Part shown: piece by piece, positions 61,653 through 64,000 of the stretch
Position numbering within the stretch: the stretch's first letter is position 1
Layout of the letters: every line of letters begins with the position of its first letter
Position numbers and translations under genes: made by a program
Notes under the pieces: generated by a model
Databases searched by the model: none
The model's input: the letters and a program-made list of their open reading frames with translations, nothing else
What the model was told of the DNA's origin: nothing
Origin: Candidatus Marinacidobacterales bacterium
GTDB taxonomy: Bacteria; Acidobacteriota; Vicinamibacteria; Marinacidobacterales; DATDRI01
DNA length: 64,000 bases
Assembly: GCA_965226495.1 (NCBI GenBank)
Contig: OZ245365.1
Location: forward strand, 1,923,516-1,987,515
Direction of reading: 5' to 3'

Positions 61653-63965
61653 TTACAACTTGTCTTTCGGCTGATTTAGTTGGAACGGAACGAGTAGCCC
61701 TGCAAGCAGGTAGAGCGCCGCCGCCGAAATCATTACAACCCGGAAGCCGTAGCTCATGGCGAGGAGCGTCGCGAGAGGTGGCGCCAATACGCTGGCGCAA
61801 CCATTGACCGCCCACGCCCAGGGCGCCAGTCGTGCGGCTTTCGTTTTCACTTGCTCCAGGCCGCTGGGGAAGGGCATACCCATGAGGAATGCGATGGGTG
61901 CAAGCAGAATTGCCGTGATCAGGACTCGCGCCGTGTCGCTGAGCTTGAGGAGAAGCGAGAACACGGGGTTCAGAGCCAGAGCATAGATGGATGCCAGAAT
62001 CGCGATCCCGACGGCTACAGTGGGAAGCGGCAACCGATGACTCACCAGGCTACCCAGGCCCGAGAAAATGAGCATTGAGGCGATCACGATTGTCGCCGAG
62101 AGGACCGGATAAGACAAGAAGAGGGTGAATTTTTGAATGAGCGCGATCTCGAGGAAGAGATAGCCTAGCCCGAGGCATCCGAAGTAGAGGGCCACCTTCG
62201 AACGGCCGTATTCCGGTCTGCGCAGGTCCGGAACCAGGATGAATGGGGCGAGCACCAACCCGATCGAGGCAACGATCGCTTGCGCGAGCACCGCGAGTAA
62301 CATGACGTAGCCCCATTCGACGAAAGGAATCCACTGCAATCCCAATTCGGAGACGAGTGAGGGCAAGGTGTCCCACCGGAAGAAGTTGAAGAAATAGGGT
62401 CGGTCGTCGACCGCGGGCTCTAACTGAAACGGGTAATCGCGGAGAAACTCGCTTCGCCGAGGAGAGAGCATTTCTCTGGCGCTATGAGCGTAGTACGGTT
62501 CCGGCAAGACGTGATGGCGGTTCGTCTCTTCCGGTGTGAGTCCGGGGTGCCAGAAACGGTCGAAGGACCGAGCCTCGCTGAACTTGCGCACCGCTTGAAC
62601 GTTGGCGGCGCTCACGGGTGCAGCCGACACTAATAAGGTTGCGGTCGCCCAGCTCCGAATCCCCACCAGGTGATCGCCAGGTGCGCTCACCCCACGTTTT
62701 TCTAACGCGGCCGCAGCGGTATGGAATATACGAGGGACGTCACGAGGGGGTGTCTTGATCCAACGGGTGAGCGCGAGCACCCCTGTCGGAGTGAGTCGGC
62801 CTATCGCTGCATCCAGAGACTCGACGGTGTAGAGGTAACTCTCGCTCGTCGCCTGGACCCCGGCGGCGGAGGATGCGAACGAGTCCAGCAGGGAGATACT
62901 GATGACGTCGAAATTCTCGGAGCCCATCTCGAGGAATCGTCTGGCTTCTGTTAGTCGCACCTCGACTGCCGGATGATCGTAAAGGCCGCCGCTGTGGTCG
63001 CGGAGAGTATCTCCCACCAGCGTGGCCACGTTTTCGTCGAGCTCGACGGCAACGACCCGACGCGCACCGTGTTGTAGCGCCGACAAGACCTCGATCCCTC
63101 CTCCCGCTCCTAGGACGAGCACGGAAGGATCTGGTCGGGCCAGACGGTACGGCAGAGCAGAGGTCATGTAGTCAAGGAAACTGAGATCGGAATCCCTGGG
63201 TTGGGTTATCGAGCCCAACTGGTCGCCATCGGAGAAGAGTCCGACCTGCGGGGGGATGTCGCCGATGAACGCGAGCGAGAGGCCGGGCGCGTAACGAACG
63301 GTCGGTCCGGCGACGGCGTCGACCACGGCGAGCGGGCTTATCGCGTGAGCCTTTCTCCGGGAGCCAGTGGCTTGAAGTGCTGTGGCCAGACCCTTGTAGG
63401 GGGAGAACTTCTGGGGGATGAGCGAGGCGGCCACCGGTGCAATCAGGGCGGCGACGAGGGCGAGTAGGGCAACGCGTTTACGGGCTGCGGCGAGTGCGGC
63501 CGCGAGCGCCGCAGCGATGGCAACTGGTCCAACTGCCTGGAGCGGTTCCAGCCAATATAGAAGCAGTGTGATCGATAAAGCACCAAGTCCAGCTCCCACC
63601 AGGTCAGAGAAATAGATGATGCGCACGCGTCGCCAGCCGATTAACGCCAAGGCGAGCGCCGCTCCTCCCAGACCGAAAGGGACACCCAGAAAGAAGTAGA
63701 AGGCCAGCAACCACAACGCTTCCTTCGGCGTCCACACGATCATGAACGGTTCGAAAGAGACTTGGAGCGCTGCGGCCAGTCCACCGAGCTCCGCCACCGC
63801 TGTTCCGAGAGCCAAGGGTGCGAAGAGGCGATCGGCTGCACCGGGACGTGGTTGGACGATGGACAGGACGGTCCCACTCGCGCCGAGACCGAGCATGGCG
63901 ACGCTGAGGATCAAGTAGGCAAAGTGATACCAGAGAGAGATGGAGAAGACGCGAAGGAGGGTCAC
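61653..63965 (-). CDS. Polytopic membrane protein fused to spermidine-synthase-like (class I SAM MTase fold) domain
   Basis: Many TM helices plus VLVLGAGGGIEV..VVAVELDENV..FDVISISLLDS aminopropyltransferase-like motifs. Confidence 0.7.
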   Translation of the reverse strand: MTLLRVFSISLWYHFAYLILSVAMLGLGASGTVLSIVQPRPGAADRLFAPLALGTAVAELGGLAAALQVSFEPFMIVWTPKEALWLLAFYFFLGVPFGLGGAALALALIGWRRVRIIYFSDLVGAGLGALSITLLLYWLEPLQAVGPVAIAAALAAALAAARKRVALLALVAALIAPVAASLIPQKFSPYKGLATALQATGSRRKAHAISPLAVVDAVAGPTVRYAPGLSLAFIGDIPPQVGLFSDGDQLGSITQPRDSDLSFLDYMTSALPYRLARPDPSVLVLGAGGGIEVLSALQHGARRVVAVELDENVATLVGDTLRDHSGGLYDHPAVEVRLTEARRFLEMGSENFDVISISLLDSFASSAAGVQATSESYLYTVESLDAAIGRLTPTGVLALTRWIKTPPRDVPRIFHTAAAALEKRGVSAPGDHLVGIRSWATATLLVSAAPVSAANVQAVRKFSEARSFDRFWHPGLTPEETNRHHVLPEPYYAHSAREMLSPRRSEFLRDYPFQLEPAVDDRPYFFNFFRWDTLPSLVSELGLQWIPFVEWGYVMLLAVLAQAIVASIGLVLAPFILVPDLRRPEYGRSKVALYFGCLGLGYLFLEIALIQKFTLFLSYPVLSATIVIASMLIFSGLGSLVSHRLPLPTVAVGIAILASIYALALNPVFSLLLKLSDTARVLITAILLAPIAFLMGMPFPSGLEQVKTKAARLAPWAWAVNGCASVLAPPLATLLAMSYGFRVVMISAAALYLLAGLLVPFQLNQPKDKL

Positions 63966-64000
63966 TTCAAATGCAAGAAGCGACGCGGACAGCAGTGCTA

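Overview
This is a 64 kb high-GC segment, apparently bacterial chromosome. It is densely coded with about 60 genes on both strands, and there are no rRNA, tRNA or CRISPR elements.

Gene content points to a soil-type Gram-negative organism. A DUF5916 outer-membrane protein, an Mla/MCE transporter and a standalone RnfD-like membrane protein are the main clues. Acidobacteria or Gemmatimonadota is only a guess.

The main block (11.0-18.1 kb) is a tightly packed SOS mutagenesis operon: lexA, a small RHH gene, a DUF72 gene, then imuA, imuB and dnaE2. Immediately downstream, at 18.0-19.75 kb, sits a small degraded insertion complex. It carries three extra partial copies of the dnaE2 3' end, so four with the gene's own terminus. 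It also has a ~145-bp direct repeat, a truncated cytochrome c, and a MerR-type metal-sensor operon with a textbook MerR promoter/operator.

Other notable features:
- uvrB and a candidate nucleobase (pyrimidine-like) catabolic cluster at 51.5-58.9 kb: NCS1 permease, SsnA-type amidohydrolase, CoA-transferase, LLM oxidoreductase, class-III aminotransferase and beta-ureidopropionase-like hydrolase.
- speA, ispH and an amino-acid/sulfur metabolism cluster.
- A DsrE-family triad.
- An AT-richer islet at 2.4-5 kb carrying a secreted beta-propeller repeat gene with a G8/C8 homopolymer and a 42-bp tandem repeat.
- A perfect 64-bp tandem duplication splitting a Na/Pi-cotransporter gene.
- A small palindromic REP-like element inserted in-frame inside dnaE2.

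Several genes carry frameshifts: an SDR, a sulfatase-like gene, a K+ channel and the Na/Pi transporter. This indicates either real pseudogenisation or indel errors in the assembly, and I cannot tell which from sequence alone.

All calls are from reading the six-frame translations and the nucleotide sequence by eye. No database searches were run.
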